Source: Octopus bimaculoides (taxonomy: Eukaryota). From it: a stretch of 34,489 bases of DNA. Where the stretch lies: contig NC_068987.1 in assembly GCF_001194135.2 (NCBI RefSeq), positions 106,741,709 to 106,776,197 on the forward strand, given 5' to 3'. This document shows, one piece after another, positions 23,549 through 34,489 of this stretch (position 1 is the stretch's first letter; each line of letters starts with the position of its first letter). Under the pieces are notes generated by a model. It was not told the DNA's origin, did no database searches, and was given only the letters and a program-made list of their open reading frames with translations. Made by a program: the position numbers and the translations under genes.

Positions 23549-24149
23549 GATAGATAGATAAATAGATAGAGAGATATATAGAGAGATATATAGATAGATA
23601 TATGTATACACGTACACGCAAGTTTTCACTCAATTGATACGATTCTAATTCTACATATAACTCACTACTTCTCATAGCATAGCATGTAGATTACATTATT
23701 TAATGATGAAATATATTACCCTCTCAGCGATGTTATTGTTGAGCAGGAAACAGTCGTGGTTGTTACAGGAACATTATAAATTATGAAAAGACACGTGAAA
23801 GTAACATCAGATACACATTGAAATTAATGCATAATACTTTCTAAATCTCCGGACACCTTCGTCCATCGTTTCTCCACTAAATCTATATCGTTGGATACAT
23901 ACATATTTACATACATGTATACATATTAGTACAAACAAACGCATTCAGAAACACACATTCACATACACATACACAGATACTCACACACTCACACACATAC
24001 TTGTATAATAGCCGATATAAATCTTGGTTGGTTGATTTGTTGGCCTCTTGAATAATAAGGTTATATTTTGTGCCGTATAGAGGAAGGGGTGTAAAAATTA
24101 GATACAGAGTGTCTTAACTCGGTTATGTTCCGGCTAATTGCAGATATAG

Positions 24150-24302
24150 ACGTGGTGTCCGATAACAAGTATGCATCCCAACCATACGGTTCCGGTGTCA
24201 GTCCAACTACGTGGCACATTGGGACATATACTCTAGCCTCTGGCCGACCAAATCCTTGTGTGTGGACTTCGTTGACAAGAACTGAAACAAGCCCGTCGTA
24301 TA
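24150..24302 (+). mobile_element. tRNA-derived SINE (third family)
   Basis: cccaaccatacggttccggtgtcagtccaactacgtggcacattggg..tagcctctggccgaccaaatccttgtg..aactgaaacaagcccgtcgtata matches my recollection of an abundant octopus SINE. It explains the ORFs at 24061-24391. Confidence 0.65.
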
Positions 24303-25034
24303 GAGGAATGCCGGCAGAATTCAACAGGACAAAATTGATTTTTTTTCAGTTGAAAATCTTGCTGATAAGAGTTGAGGATTTTTCGCCATAACTCGAAATC
24401 AGATGCCAGAACACATAGCCTTTNNNNNNNNNNNNNNNNNNNNNNNNNNNNNNNNNNNNNNNNNNNNNNNNNNNNNNNNNNNNNNNNNNNNNNNNNNNNN
24501 NNNNNNNNNNNNNNNNNNNNNNNNNNNNNNNNNNNNNNNNNNNNNNNNNNNNNNNNNNNNNNNNNNNNNNNNNNNNNNNNNNNNNNNNNNNNNNNNNNNN
24601 NNNNNNNNNNNNNNNNNNNNNNNNNNNNNNNNNNNNNNNNNNNNNNNNNNNNNNNNNNNNNNNNNNNNNNNNNNNNNNNNNNGTTGAGGATTTTTCGCCA
24701 TAACTCGAAATCAGATGCCAGAACACATAGCCTTTATCTGCGATGCTATGTCTAAATTCTTTACCCGTTCACCAGAATCCTATTGCTTTTTAGTGTATTC
24801 TTCAGTATTAATGGTGGTCTACTTGGGATTTTAACTCTTACCTGTAGCAGGTAGGTGACTCATGTCCCTTTTGAGATATATATCTTTTAATTCGATAGCT
24901 ATCTAACACTATTTAATGCCTGCGATCACCTATATAATTGTTGTTGCTATTATCATCAAATATTTATATTTACCCCAGATGATGATAAATATAATAATAA
25001 TATCTATATAAATATTCACATTTAAATATTTACT

Positions 25035-25091
<57 letters not shown>

Positions 25092-25099
25092 GATGTATG

Positions 25100-25561
25100 T
25101 ACTTCCAAACAACTTATGAGATCCCCCACGCACACCCCAGGGGTTTAGCATGACCACTTCACACGGGAAATCACCAAATACCGTTCTCTTTTCACCGCTC
25201 TTTGCTCGACCACACAGCTTCAATTGATTCGGTTCTAATTCAACATATAACTCACAACTGCTTATAAGATAACACAACTTCAGGCTATACTCCTTGAGAC
25301 ACGCCACCTCAATAGCAAAGTGTACGACTTATTTGTCGACAAGCAAAATTCCCTCACTCATCCACCACCGTTCCACTTCTCCTCCCTCGCTCAGCACCTC
25401 CACTGTCTATACCACTCCTAACGATTTACCTCTCACTCACGCCAAACGAGCTTTACTTAGCAGAGATCTTTTGTTTCAATCCTCTCAAAATCACACCCGG
25501 TAAATTCGGTGCACGCGCCGATGCAAAAATGTTGCTCCGTCGGATTAAACTCAAAGTATAT
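25100..25561 (+). mobile_element. Penelope-like element, N-terminal ORF fragment (degenerate)
   Basis: VYTTPNDLPLTHAKRALLSRDLLF (25405-25476) and, after a frameshift, KFGARADAKMLLRRIKLKVY (25502-25561). These match the pre-RT motif of Penelope-like ORFs (V..(I)P..L.L...E..LLS.GL.F.P...F....D...F.RR..LK..F). Motif recalled from knowledge, not searched. Confidence 0.72.
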
Positions 25562-25894
25562 ATACAATATGCACATATGTATATATATANNNNNNNNNNN
25601 NNNNNNNNNNNNNNNNNNNNNNNNNNNNNNNNNNNNNNNNNNNNNNNNNNNNNNNNNNNNNNNNNNNNNNNNNNNNNNNNNNNNNNNNNNNNNNNNNNNN
25701 NNNNNNNNNNNNNNNNNNNNNNNNNNNNNNNNNNNNNNNNNNNNNNNNNNNNNNNNNNNNNNNNNNNNNNNNNNNNNNNNNNNNNNNNNNNNNNNNNNNN
25801 NNNNNNNNNNNNNNNNNNNNNNNNNNNATATATATATGTGTGTGTGTGTGTGTGTTAGCAATATATAAATTAGAAGTTCACCAAAAATCAATAG

Positions 25895-25985
25895 AATAAG
25901 CACTAGGCTTCAGAAAAAAATAAATGCTGGGCTGGATTCTTTCAACTAATACCTTTCAAGGCAGTGCCCTAGTGCATGGCCACAG
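25895..25985 (+). mobile_element. Partial copy of the 8015-type repeat
   Basis: gaataagcactaggctt..cctttcaaggcagtgccctagtgcatggccacag. Confidence 0.55.
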
Positions 25986-26059
25986 GCCAAATTGTGCAAC
26001 AAGTATAAGATAGCATATAAAAAATATTATAGTTGAGGATGTTCATTTGTTCTTGTATT

Positions 26060-26220
26060 CTTTTACTTATTTCAGGTTGCAGCCAGGACTTAGTCTTTGT
26101 AAGTCGAGTACTTATTCAATCGGTGTCTATTCCCGAACCACTAAGTTACTGTGACGTAAACACAACAATATCGGTTGTTAAGCAGTGGTGTGTGGCGGGG
26201 CAAAGACAGACACACAACAA
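26060..26220 (-). mobile_element. Partial copy of the 8015-type repeat, inverted relative to 25895
   Basis: ccaggacttagtctttgtaagtcgagtacttattc..gaaccactaagttac..gacgtaaacac..tcggttgttaagc. Confidence 0.6.
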
Positions 26221-27596
26221 ATACCTACCTACCTACATACATACATACATACATATANNNNNNNNNNNNNNNNNNNNNNNNNNNNNNNNNNNNNNNNNNN
26301 NNNNNNNNNNNNNNNNNNNNNNNNNNNNNNNNNNNNNNNNNNNNNNNNNNNNNNNNNNNNNNNNNNNNNNNNNNNNNNNNNNNNNNNNNNNNNNNNNNNN
26401 NNNNNNNNNNNNNNNNNNNNNNNNNNNNNNNNNNNNNNNNNNNNNNNNNNNNNNNNNNNNNNNNNNNNNNNNNNNNNNNNNNNNNNNNNNNNNNNNNNNN
26501 NNNNNNNNNNNNNNNNNNNNNNNNNNNNNNNNNNNNNNNNNNNNNNNNNNNNNNNNNNNNNNNNNNNNTATATATATACATATGACAATTCACAAAAAAT
26601 GACGAAGACAGGTAGTGTAGACAACAAACAAATGTATTAGTTTTACGCTGTAACGTTTCGAGCCAACGCTCTTCCACTGAAAGAAACAGAAAGAAACAAG
26701 GAGAGAAAATAAGGAGAGAAAATAAAACATATAAATACATACCTATAAATATATATATATACACACACACACAAGCGCACACACACACACATATATGTTG
26801 AAAGAGGGAGAGATGTATATATGGACAGGGAGAGAAAAAGAAAGAGACCGATTAAAAGGGGAAATGTGGGCGGCGACACAGCGCTAATGACATACAGTCA
26901 TGTCGAAAGAGACACGTGATAAGTTACATATATCTTTCATGTCCTTCTTTATGTTGCATAAATTCACTTACGTGTGTCTCAGCATCTTCGGTTGAACTTC
27001 AAATATATCATTACAGAGAAACATTTATTTCACTTTTATTGACATCTCCCTTAATTTCTTTTCGCAGAACCAGAATATTCTTGATTGCAAGACATTTTAA
27101 ATAAGATAAGCACTCGAAACTGAGATAATTTTAAGCACCATTATTATTCTTTATTTGGACGATTCAAATTTTTTATAAATACGAAAGTTATGAGATTTTA
27201 GTGTTTAGGCTGTTGACATAGGTCGCATATTTCTATTCAATGCTGTACATAAGTAATGAAATAACTGTACGCACCTGTCGTTTCCTCCGATGGCGAGGCT
27301 TCACTTTACCATTATTCATAAATATCAAACTCCAAGAAATGTATTCGTGACCAGAGAAGACATACACTATATATGAACGATTTCTTGCAAAATGGAGCGT
27401 CAGCTGTGATTCGGTTTTAAAACATTCACAAATTTATCTCATCTTCTTATTGACCACAACTTGAATTCGTAACTTTTATTCAGCTACTCCTCAATGACGC
27501 CTAACAAAAATTTCACAAATGTAAACATGTGTATACACGCAGACGGACACACAGACACACACACATGCATGCACACGCGCTCACACACAGATGTAT

Positions 27597-27905
27597 CTTG
27601 TTATTGTTTGTTCCTTCTCGAGCCAAGCCTGGCTGATAAGGGCCGGTTTCCCAGTTTCATTATTGTATAGGTTCCCCACGTGGATGGAACACCGGTCTGT
27701 CGCAGGTGAGCTGCTAGATGCAGGAGGAATTAGTGAGAGAAAGTTGTGGCGAAAGAGTCAGCAGAACTTCGCCATTAGCTGCTGCCTGCTCCACGTGGAG
27801 CTTAGGTGTGCCGCTCATAAGCATACGCATTGCCGGGTCTGAGAATCGAACCCGCGATCCCTCGACTGCGAGTCCGCTGCTGTAACCACTGGGCCATGTG
27901 ACTCC
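27597..27905 (-). mobile_element. tRNA-derived SINE, same family as 10516-10817
   Basis: Minus strand reads GGAGTCACATGGCCCAGTGGTTACAGCAGCGGACTCGCAGTCGAGGGATCGCGGGTTCGATTCTCAGACC (A-box TGGCCCAGTGG, B-box GTTCGATTC). The body (ctaagctccacg, caactttctctcact, gaaaccgg) is shared with the 10516 copy. Confidence 0.85.
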
Positions 27906-27912
27906 ACACACA

Positions 27913-27997
<85 letters not shown>

Positions 27998-28000
27998 ACA
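27905..28000. repeat. (CA)n microsatellite between two divergent SINEs
   Basis: Seen directly. Confidence 0.98.
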
Positions 28001-28004
28001 GAGG

Positions 28005-28288
28005 TTATTTGGCTAATGATTGTAAGCCTGTGAGTTCGATACCCGGTGGTCCGTTGCATCCTCGAGCCAGACGCTTTGCTTCACACAGCGCCATTCACAT
28101 AGCTAGCGAAATTGAGATGCGTCTACCCTTGTCATATTCTGTGTCTTTCTGAGTCTCTCTGATAACTATGTTATGAGTATGCGCTTGTGTAGATTGCTCA
28201 CTCACGTGCACATTAACTTAACGAGCTGGATCTTCAGTCCATCGGGTCAATTGGAACCCTCATCGTCGTAACTGATGGAGAGTCAACT
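28005..28288 (+). mobile_element. tRNA-derived SINE (second family), degenerate
   Basis: B-box GAGTTCGATACCC, and a 3' tail tggaaccctcatcgtcgtaactgatggag that I recognise as a common octopus SINE tail. Confidence 0.65.
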
Positions 28289-30833
28289 GTAGTAATATAA
28301 TGATATAAAAATATAGCAGAAATGAAAAAAAAAAAAAAGAATAAGTGAAGATATGTATGTCAAATGCTAACTGAAAGAAATAAGTGAAGATAAAGATACA
28401 TTTGGAAACGGGCTTATGAAAGATTCTAAAATATATCGAAGACACTGATCTATATAGAATAACCACGGTTCCTAGTAGGTATACCTTATATTTAGCGGAG
28501 GATCGATATTTAGTAATCCATTGCAAATTTTTATATTATACTAACTATAACGGAAGAAAATCCCAATACCGAAAGCCTTATTTATGTAATTTAAAAATTC
28601 AAGGATTGCAGATTAAAGTAGTTAAGGGTTACTCGTAAGTAATGCTACATATATTTCGAGATAATAGAGGGTATGCTCTGACATCCTGGATCACTCATGC
28701 TACAACATCCTAATATGATAAACTTATTTGAATGTATCGGGATCCTATGAACATAACATTCTGTAAGGTCTAATTAATTAGTAATAAGGTTTTCTTTACC
28801 CCTACATTTAAATATTGCAAAATTAATAAGGTTTTATTTATCCTTATATTTAAATATATGTTATAACTCTTCGAAACGCTAAGTTTTAGAATGGTGGAAG
28901 CTGATAAAGGAAATGTTCCCTATGTGGCCTGTGTGTTTTCTGTACTCTGTTTATCATTTTGTCCACGTTTTTTTTGCAACGTCCTGTACCCAGATATGCA
29001 TCTATATATATGTACATACATGTAGGTATATATGCATATACTCATATATTATTTGTATTATATACACACACACACACACACAGATATATATANNNNNNNN
29101 NNNNNNNNNNNNNNNNNNNNNNNNNNNNNNNNNNNNNNNNNNNNNNNNNNNNNNNNNNNNNNNNNNNNNNNNNNNNNNNNNNNNNNNNNNNNNNNNNNNN
29201 NNNNNNNNNNNNNNNNNNNNNNNNNNNNNNNNNNNNNNNNNNNNNNNNNNNNNNNNNNNNNNNNNNNNNNNNNNNNNNNNNNNNNNNNNNNNNNNNNNNN
29301 NNNNNNNNNNNNNNNNNNNNNNNNNNNNNNNNNNNNNNNNNNNNNNNNNNNNNNNNNNNNNNNNNNNNNNNNNNNNNNNNNNNNNNNNNNNNNNNNNNNN
29401 NNNNNNNNNNNNNNNNNNNNNNNNNNNNNNNNNNNNNNNNNNNNNNNNNNNNNNNNNNNNNNNNNNNNNNNNNNNNNNNNNNNNNNNNNNNNNNNNNNNN
29501 NNNNNNNNNNNNNNNNNNNNNNNNNNNNNNNNCACACACACACACACGCACACACACACACACCAAGCACAGGACATTTATGTATATATATGTGGGTTTG
29601 TATATGTCCGTGACTATCTGAATTTCTGTATATCGTTGCTTTGACACCCGTCAAATTGCTACTGGAATGCGGAGATAATTTTATTAATCTTGCCAGTTTC
29701 CCGAATACATCCGTATACACAATTAAACGCACGTACTTATAAATGATTTTTTAAATATTATTTTAGAGAGATGCATATTTTGCATATTTTACGAAATAAC
29801 TCAGATCTCGTTGACACAGTCTACTTTCATTTAAATTATTTTTTCAAATCTAAATTCTGTATTCTACTCATAATTTTGACGTACTAAATTATTAAGATAA
29901 ACAAAACACATAAGCGCGCGAAAACGAGCGCCCCCTGCCAAACACCTACAGAAATACATATTCGTTTACACACACTGACATATTAACAATCACTGATATT
30001 TTGCTGATATACAAGAATCGAAATATACGTATATATTTTTTGATTATTTATGCGTACGAGATCAGATTAAAACACAGTACGCTAAAATTAATATACCCTC
30101 TCTCTCCCTCTTTCTTATCATCTCTCTCTTCCCCCTTCCTCTCTCTCTCTATATATATAGTCCTCTACAGGTATGAGTGTGTTGGAACATATGCATGTAT
30201 AAAACATCTTTTTTACGAAATAATGCTGGATACATTCACAATATTTGAAGCAACATTTTATTGAAACTTTTACTTAACTTTAAAGAGAAACCTCAGGAAA
30301 ACGGAATGACGCGAATCGTTTAAGAGGAAGTTTTCTTATTTTGCATAAACGCTTTCGCAAATGGTTCTAATAAATGCAGGCTGTGTTTGTCAGAAAGGGC
30401 ACATATCCTATTTAGACCCAAGATAGCAAACTCAATCTTGAACTCAAGATCCAATATTTTTGGTACTTGTAAACCAATGCAAACATTTCTTTTAAAAAAT
30501 TAGAATATACCACCCGTTCCTGGCGAACTATGCACCAATTGATTTACTTATATATTTATAGAATTTTTCTAGTAAGTATATCATCTCATATTATATTTTT
30601 ATTACTTTTTATTTTATTATATTTGAAATATTTTACATTTCGATATATATTTATTATGTTGTTATTATATGTATATATTTTTCATATTCTCTTTTTATTT
30701 ACATTTTCTTTATATTTAGAGAATTGTAAATTATATTTAAAAAAAACACGTTTGTCCTTATATTATACATTTTGTATATTATTTGCACAGCCACCCCACT
30801 TTTTTTAAAATTTGCTCTATCATTCTTTATATC

Positions 30834-30990
30834 TTAAAAATATATTGTTTTCCTCATCAAAATTTTTCCATCCGATTTTACAACATTCGATCGTCGCATC
30901 TCGAGAATTACAACCTGCTTTGTCAGACTAATGGTATCATCCACATAAACCGTTTCAATATTTGGTTTCTTTCGCACCGTTTTGAAATTC
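30834..30990 (-). mobile_element. Degenerate LINE (RTE-like) reverse transcriptase fragment
   Basis: YVDDTISL (YxDD at 30936-30947), followed across frameshifts by ECCKIGWK and ILMRKT. This resembles YADDT.L...E..K.GL.IN..KT of RT domains 5-6. Confidence 0.5.
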
Positions 30991-31121
30991 TGTCCAGTAT
31001 TTAAACTGCTTAAGTCCGATGGTATAGCTGCCGTCTGAAGAACGAACACGGGTTCTCTGTGCATGAAACTTTTGGTAGCGTGGGCTATACAGGTGTGGTG
31101 GTCATGAAAAACAATATATGC

Positions 31122-31123
<2 letters not shown>

Positions 31124-31176
<53 letters not shown>
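31124..31176. repeat. (TG)n microsatellite
   Basis: Seen directly. Confidence 0.98.
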
Positions 31177-31181
<5 letters not shown>

Positions 31182-32087
31182 CTATATTTGTGTGTCTGTA
31201 TTTTCCCCNNNNNNNNNNNNNNNNNNNNNNNNNNNNNNNNNNNNNNNNNNNNNNNNNNNNNNNNNNNNNNNNNNNNNNNNNNNNNNNNNNNNNNNNNNNN
31301 NNNNNNNNNNNNNNNNNNNNNNNNNNNNNNNNNNNNNNNNNNNNNNNNNNNNNNNNNNNNNNNNNNNNNNNNNNNNNNNNNNNNNNNNNNNNNNNNNNNN
31401 ATATATATATATAAAGTATATCAATATGTGTGTGTGTGTGTGTGTGTACAAATAAATACATCCATCAGAAGCTGACAAGTCGCTTCGAAACGATGTTTTT
31501 TGTATGTAGCTTCGCTAGATTGCTTCAAATTTCGTCGTTAATTTCAGACTCTGTAGTTACCATAGTTGGGAGCTTTAGTCTAAACGGCTGAAATGAATGT
31601 CTTCCAGAGGAGCATTATGGTTTCCAATTTTCTACTTCTAGAATTTCTAAGCATCCATCCGACTAACCATTTGCATTTTATTGCCAACTCAATAGTAATA
31701 TTCTCCAGCAATACCCAGGTAGAGCACTGATTTTAATTGCAGTCGCACCATAGGACAAGGTATCCAGTCTGCATTACGTTCGATTTCCTGTGTTGTTAGT
31801 GCAGGGCTTGAAATGTTTCAACATTAAACAGCATGTTATTGTCCTCAGTCCGCCTGTATATTGCGACCAGATACTGCAGCAGCTTCGCGACTTCTCCAGA
31901 CCTTCCGTCCTCTGAGAGAATCTTTTCTATCATCTACATTACTAAAAGGGTGGGTGTCTGAGTAACTGTGAGCATGTCTGTGATGGTCATATTTACACAC
32001 ACACGCACGCGCGCGCACGCACGCACTCACACATACACACACACATGCGCACACGGACTCACACGCAGGCACACTCACACACTTCTG

Positions 32088-32124
<37 letters not shown>

Positions 32125-32126
32125 AT
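32088..32126. repeat. (ATCT)n microsatellite
   Basis: Seen directly. Confidence 0.96.
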
Positions 32127-33219
32127 CTATATCTGTATCTATCTCTCTATATGTATGAGTGTGTATGTATGGGTGTGTGCGCAATTGTAATGCCGAACGC
32201 TACCATAGAACCACTACCACTGTGTTCATCTAATATAAATCGGTATAACCGTCATACTCACGATCGCCCACACATCACTACCAACATGGTATGCAGTAAT
32301 CAATTTCCATCGGACAATGTAGATGCACCATTTTCGTGCCACGTCAAACCGAATTGACCATAATTGGAGAGCTCTTAACTACACCAGATAATTCCGATAC
32401 GTTTTAATACGATAAAACTATAGCTATTACGTTTTATCTCCTCCAGGGATTGTGTTTATTTATTATTTCATATATATTCATTCATATTGTATTTATTTGC
32501 ATAAACTGCATGTTTTGTGATAAAGTGAGATAAGAATATGCTCTGGCGCCATCTTAGATATTAGCAATATTTAAAAATGAGTAAACTGTTTGTCCCCAAT
32601 GTAAATTCTATGCTTGTATGGTATGAGTCCTATTTGCAACGTAGAAGGCGCCAGCAACGTATTTTAAAAATTCTACTCTAAAACATATTTACAAACACAA
32701 ACACACACATACATGCATACATATACATACATACATACACAGAAAATACTGGTTAGGAAAGTTTATACATTCACCCATTCGTACATGCAAATATTTTATT
32801 ACACTGAATATTTATTTCTCGACATGAGTTTCACGGCGCCTTAATCTTGAAAAGAACGAAATAGATGTTTCATGCATTTTTGCTCCTTAAAGCTTAAGTC
32901 CAAGATAACCAAAATTTTCCTAAGCTTTACAATAAACATTACTTCGTCAACCACACCAACAGAAAAGTATATATTAGAAACGACCCTAATTCAAGTCACA
33001 GCAGTATTTTTTATAAAATATAAAGGATAAGCAAGCCATTTAATTCAGCAGAGTCTAACTGAAATGCTCTGAAATAAGAATGTAAATCAGTCAAGCATCT
33101 CTGGAGTGAGCTCAAACAAACCGAATATTTTGTAATGTTGGCCAATCATAAATTCTCCCATGATATACGAATCCACCACACTTGAAGTACCGAGAAAAGT
33201 ATCATTATTATCATTAATG

Positions 33220-33423
33220 AGGCGAGTAGCAGAATAGCTGGTAAGCCGCACAAAATGCTAAGGACATGTACGTCTTTAGTTCAAATTCTGTCGAAGACGC
33301 TTTTGCTTTTCACCATTTCGGATTCGATAAAATAAGTATCTGTTGAGCACTACACTCGTTGTAATTAACTTAGCCCTTCCTCCTGAAATTCCTGGCATGG
33401 TGTCAAGATATGAAATCATTATT
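33220..33423 (+). mobile_element. SINE (Meta-domain-like family), degenerate
   Basis: gaggcgagtagcagaa..agttcaaattctgtcgaag..ttttgcttttcaccatttcggattcgataaaataagta..aaattcctggc..atcattatt. Confidence 0.65.
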
Positions 33424-33726
33424 AAGACTCTCATCTAATACATTCTATAGTGCGGCGGACAAAATAAGAAATGGCATTTCTTACATCTTTTTTACATTTT
33501 GAGCTGTTTCTGAAAAGATCAAATGCAAAATTATCCTGTCTAGAGCAGGTCGAAATACCGCTAAATATTTTTACCGATGTGCAAACAATTCTGCCTCCTG
33601 ACCACATTTCTCTCAAAATGAAGACCAACAATCCTCTCCGTGGGATTTCAACTCAGAGCGTTAAAACAGACGATATATCACTAAGCATTTTGCCAGCGCG
33701 CTTAAGATTCTGCCAGATCATCGTCT

Positions 33727-33746
33727 TAATAATAATAATGATGATG

Positions 33747-33797
<51 letters not shown>
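33727..33797. repeat. (TAA)n array 5' of Dong remnant 2
   Basis: Seen directly, with a few TGA units. Confidence 0.98.
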
Positions 33798-34435
33798 GTT
33801 AATGTTAGTGCTTGTGAAAGTCATGCTCAGAAATACTACAAGCGTACACACGACAATGTAGCGCAAAATATCCACTGACTACTCTGCCGTAAGTATGGAT
33901 ATGAGGTTACAGGCGCTTGGTACCAAAATATACCGGAAAAGTTAATGGACGGAAAAGGGAAGTCTCTGGGACGTTGCCTCAGACAACGTACTAGACAGAC
34001 AACGTACTAGAACACCGAATGTCGGATATTGTAACCTTTAAAAGGGCAAACAACTGTGCCTACAACTGACGTGTCAGTGCCAGGAGATCAACATATCATG
34101 ATGAAATAAAGAGAAAGGTTTGATAAATAAGGAGACTTGAAAATTGAGATCGCTAAGATGCGACAGCTGCAAGAGTCAAACCTTAAGGTTATCCCTAATG
34201 TCATCGGTGCATTGGGTTCAATACCACGCAATTTTAAAATATTCATCTGAAAAGTTTAATAATACCCTAAAATCTAGGTGTATTGCAAAAGTCCGCATTA
34301 CTTGGAACTGCATACATATTGCGTAAAGTACTGTCTGTCTAAGGTCCTTGTTGTGACTTGACAAACAATACAACCCTCTCGCAGACACAATATCTTCAAT
34401 GAACAACCTCGTGATATTGTATATTCTGCCTCGTG

Positions 34436-34437
<2 letters not shown>
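33798..34437 (+). mobile_element. R4/Dong-clade non-LTR retrotransposon 3' remnant (RLE domain), 5'-truncated, second subfamily
   Basis: Translation across frameshifts: SACESHAQKYYKRTHDNVAQNIH*LLCRKYG..WYQNIPEK..LWD..QTDNVLEHRMSDIV..(D)VSVPGD..K*GDLKIEIAKM..KVIPNVIGALGSIP..LGVLQKSALLGTAYILRKVLSV* (stop 34340-34342). A ~95-nt 3'UTR follows, then (TAA)n. (TAA)n also lies directly upstream. Confidence 0.92.

Positions 34438-34489
<52 letters not shown>
34438..34489. repeat. (TAA)n array 3' of Dong remnant 2
   Basis: Seen directly; runs to the window end. Confidence 0.98.

Larger units (their letters stand above)
1465..31400. other. Ten assembly gaps: 1465-1798, 7337-7766, 12815-13745, 18388-18925, 22684-~23425, 24424-24682, 25590-25827, 26258-26568, 29093-29532, 31208-31400 (approximate)
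   Basis: N runs totalling about 4.8 kb of unseen sequence. Confidence 0.98.

Noticed and set aside
24061-24391. Overlapping 87- and 88-aa ORFs in GC-richer sequence
   Set aside because: They coincide with a SINE copy and show no protein motif.
25895-26220. Inverted pair of same-family repeats as a dsRNA hairpin
   Set aside because: The mutual overlap is only about 35 diverged bases.
27830-27905. tRNA gene
   Set aside because: It has A and B boxes but no proper acceptor stem or cloverleaf, and it continues into a SINE body.
1285-31478. Long ORFs (100-397 aa) spanning N-runs or made of YI/HT/CV/poly-I/L/R repeats
   Set aside because: They are artefacts of gaps and microsatellites lacking stop codons.
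32262-32378. 117-nt in-frame minus-strand exon candidate
   Set aside because: Weak acceptor, unrecognised peptide and no linked exons.
33471-33726. Open frame upstream of Dong remnant 2
   Set aside because: It is separated from the element by the TAA array and has no RT or RLE motifs.
1-34489. CRISPR arrays, operons or prokaryotic defence systems
   Set aside because: No repeat-spacer arrays or bacterial gene density; the sequence is clearly animal non-coding DNA.

Overview
Eukaryotic, AT-rich, repeat-dense window from a gapped short-read assembly. It has ten N-gaps, nine of them bordered by microsatellites or poly-A. The SINE families resemble those of Octopus (coleoid cephalopod); this is my recognition, not a database result. 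No intact protein-coding gene, tRNA, rRNA or CRISPR array can be supported, and the long ORFs in the track are artefacts of N-runs and microsatellites. Supported content: two 5'-truncated R4/Dong-type retrotransposon remnants tied to (TAA)n arrays, Penelope-like remnants, two further LINE RT fragments, about 14 SINE copies and many microsatellites. The best leads are a 37-bp-stem pre-miRNA-like hairpin (21859-21945), an adjacent 1.07-kb inverted duplication of a decayed RT fragment (20658-21730), a hammerhead-ribozyme-like core in a Penelope-like remnant (227-295), and a tentative chain of small + strand exons (16132-16796).
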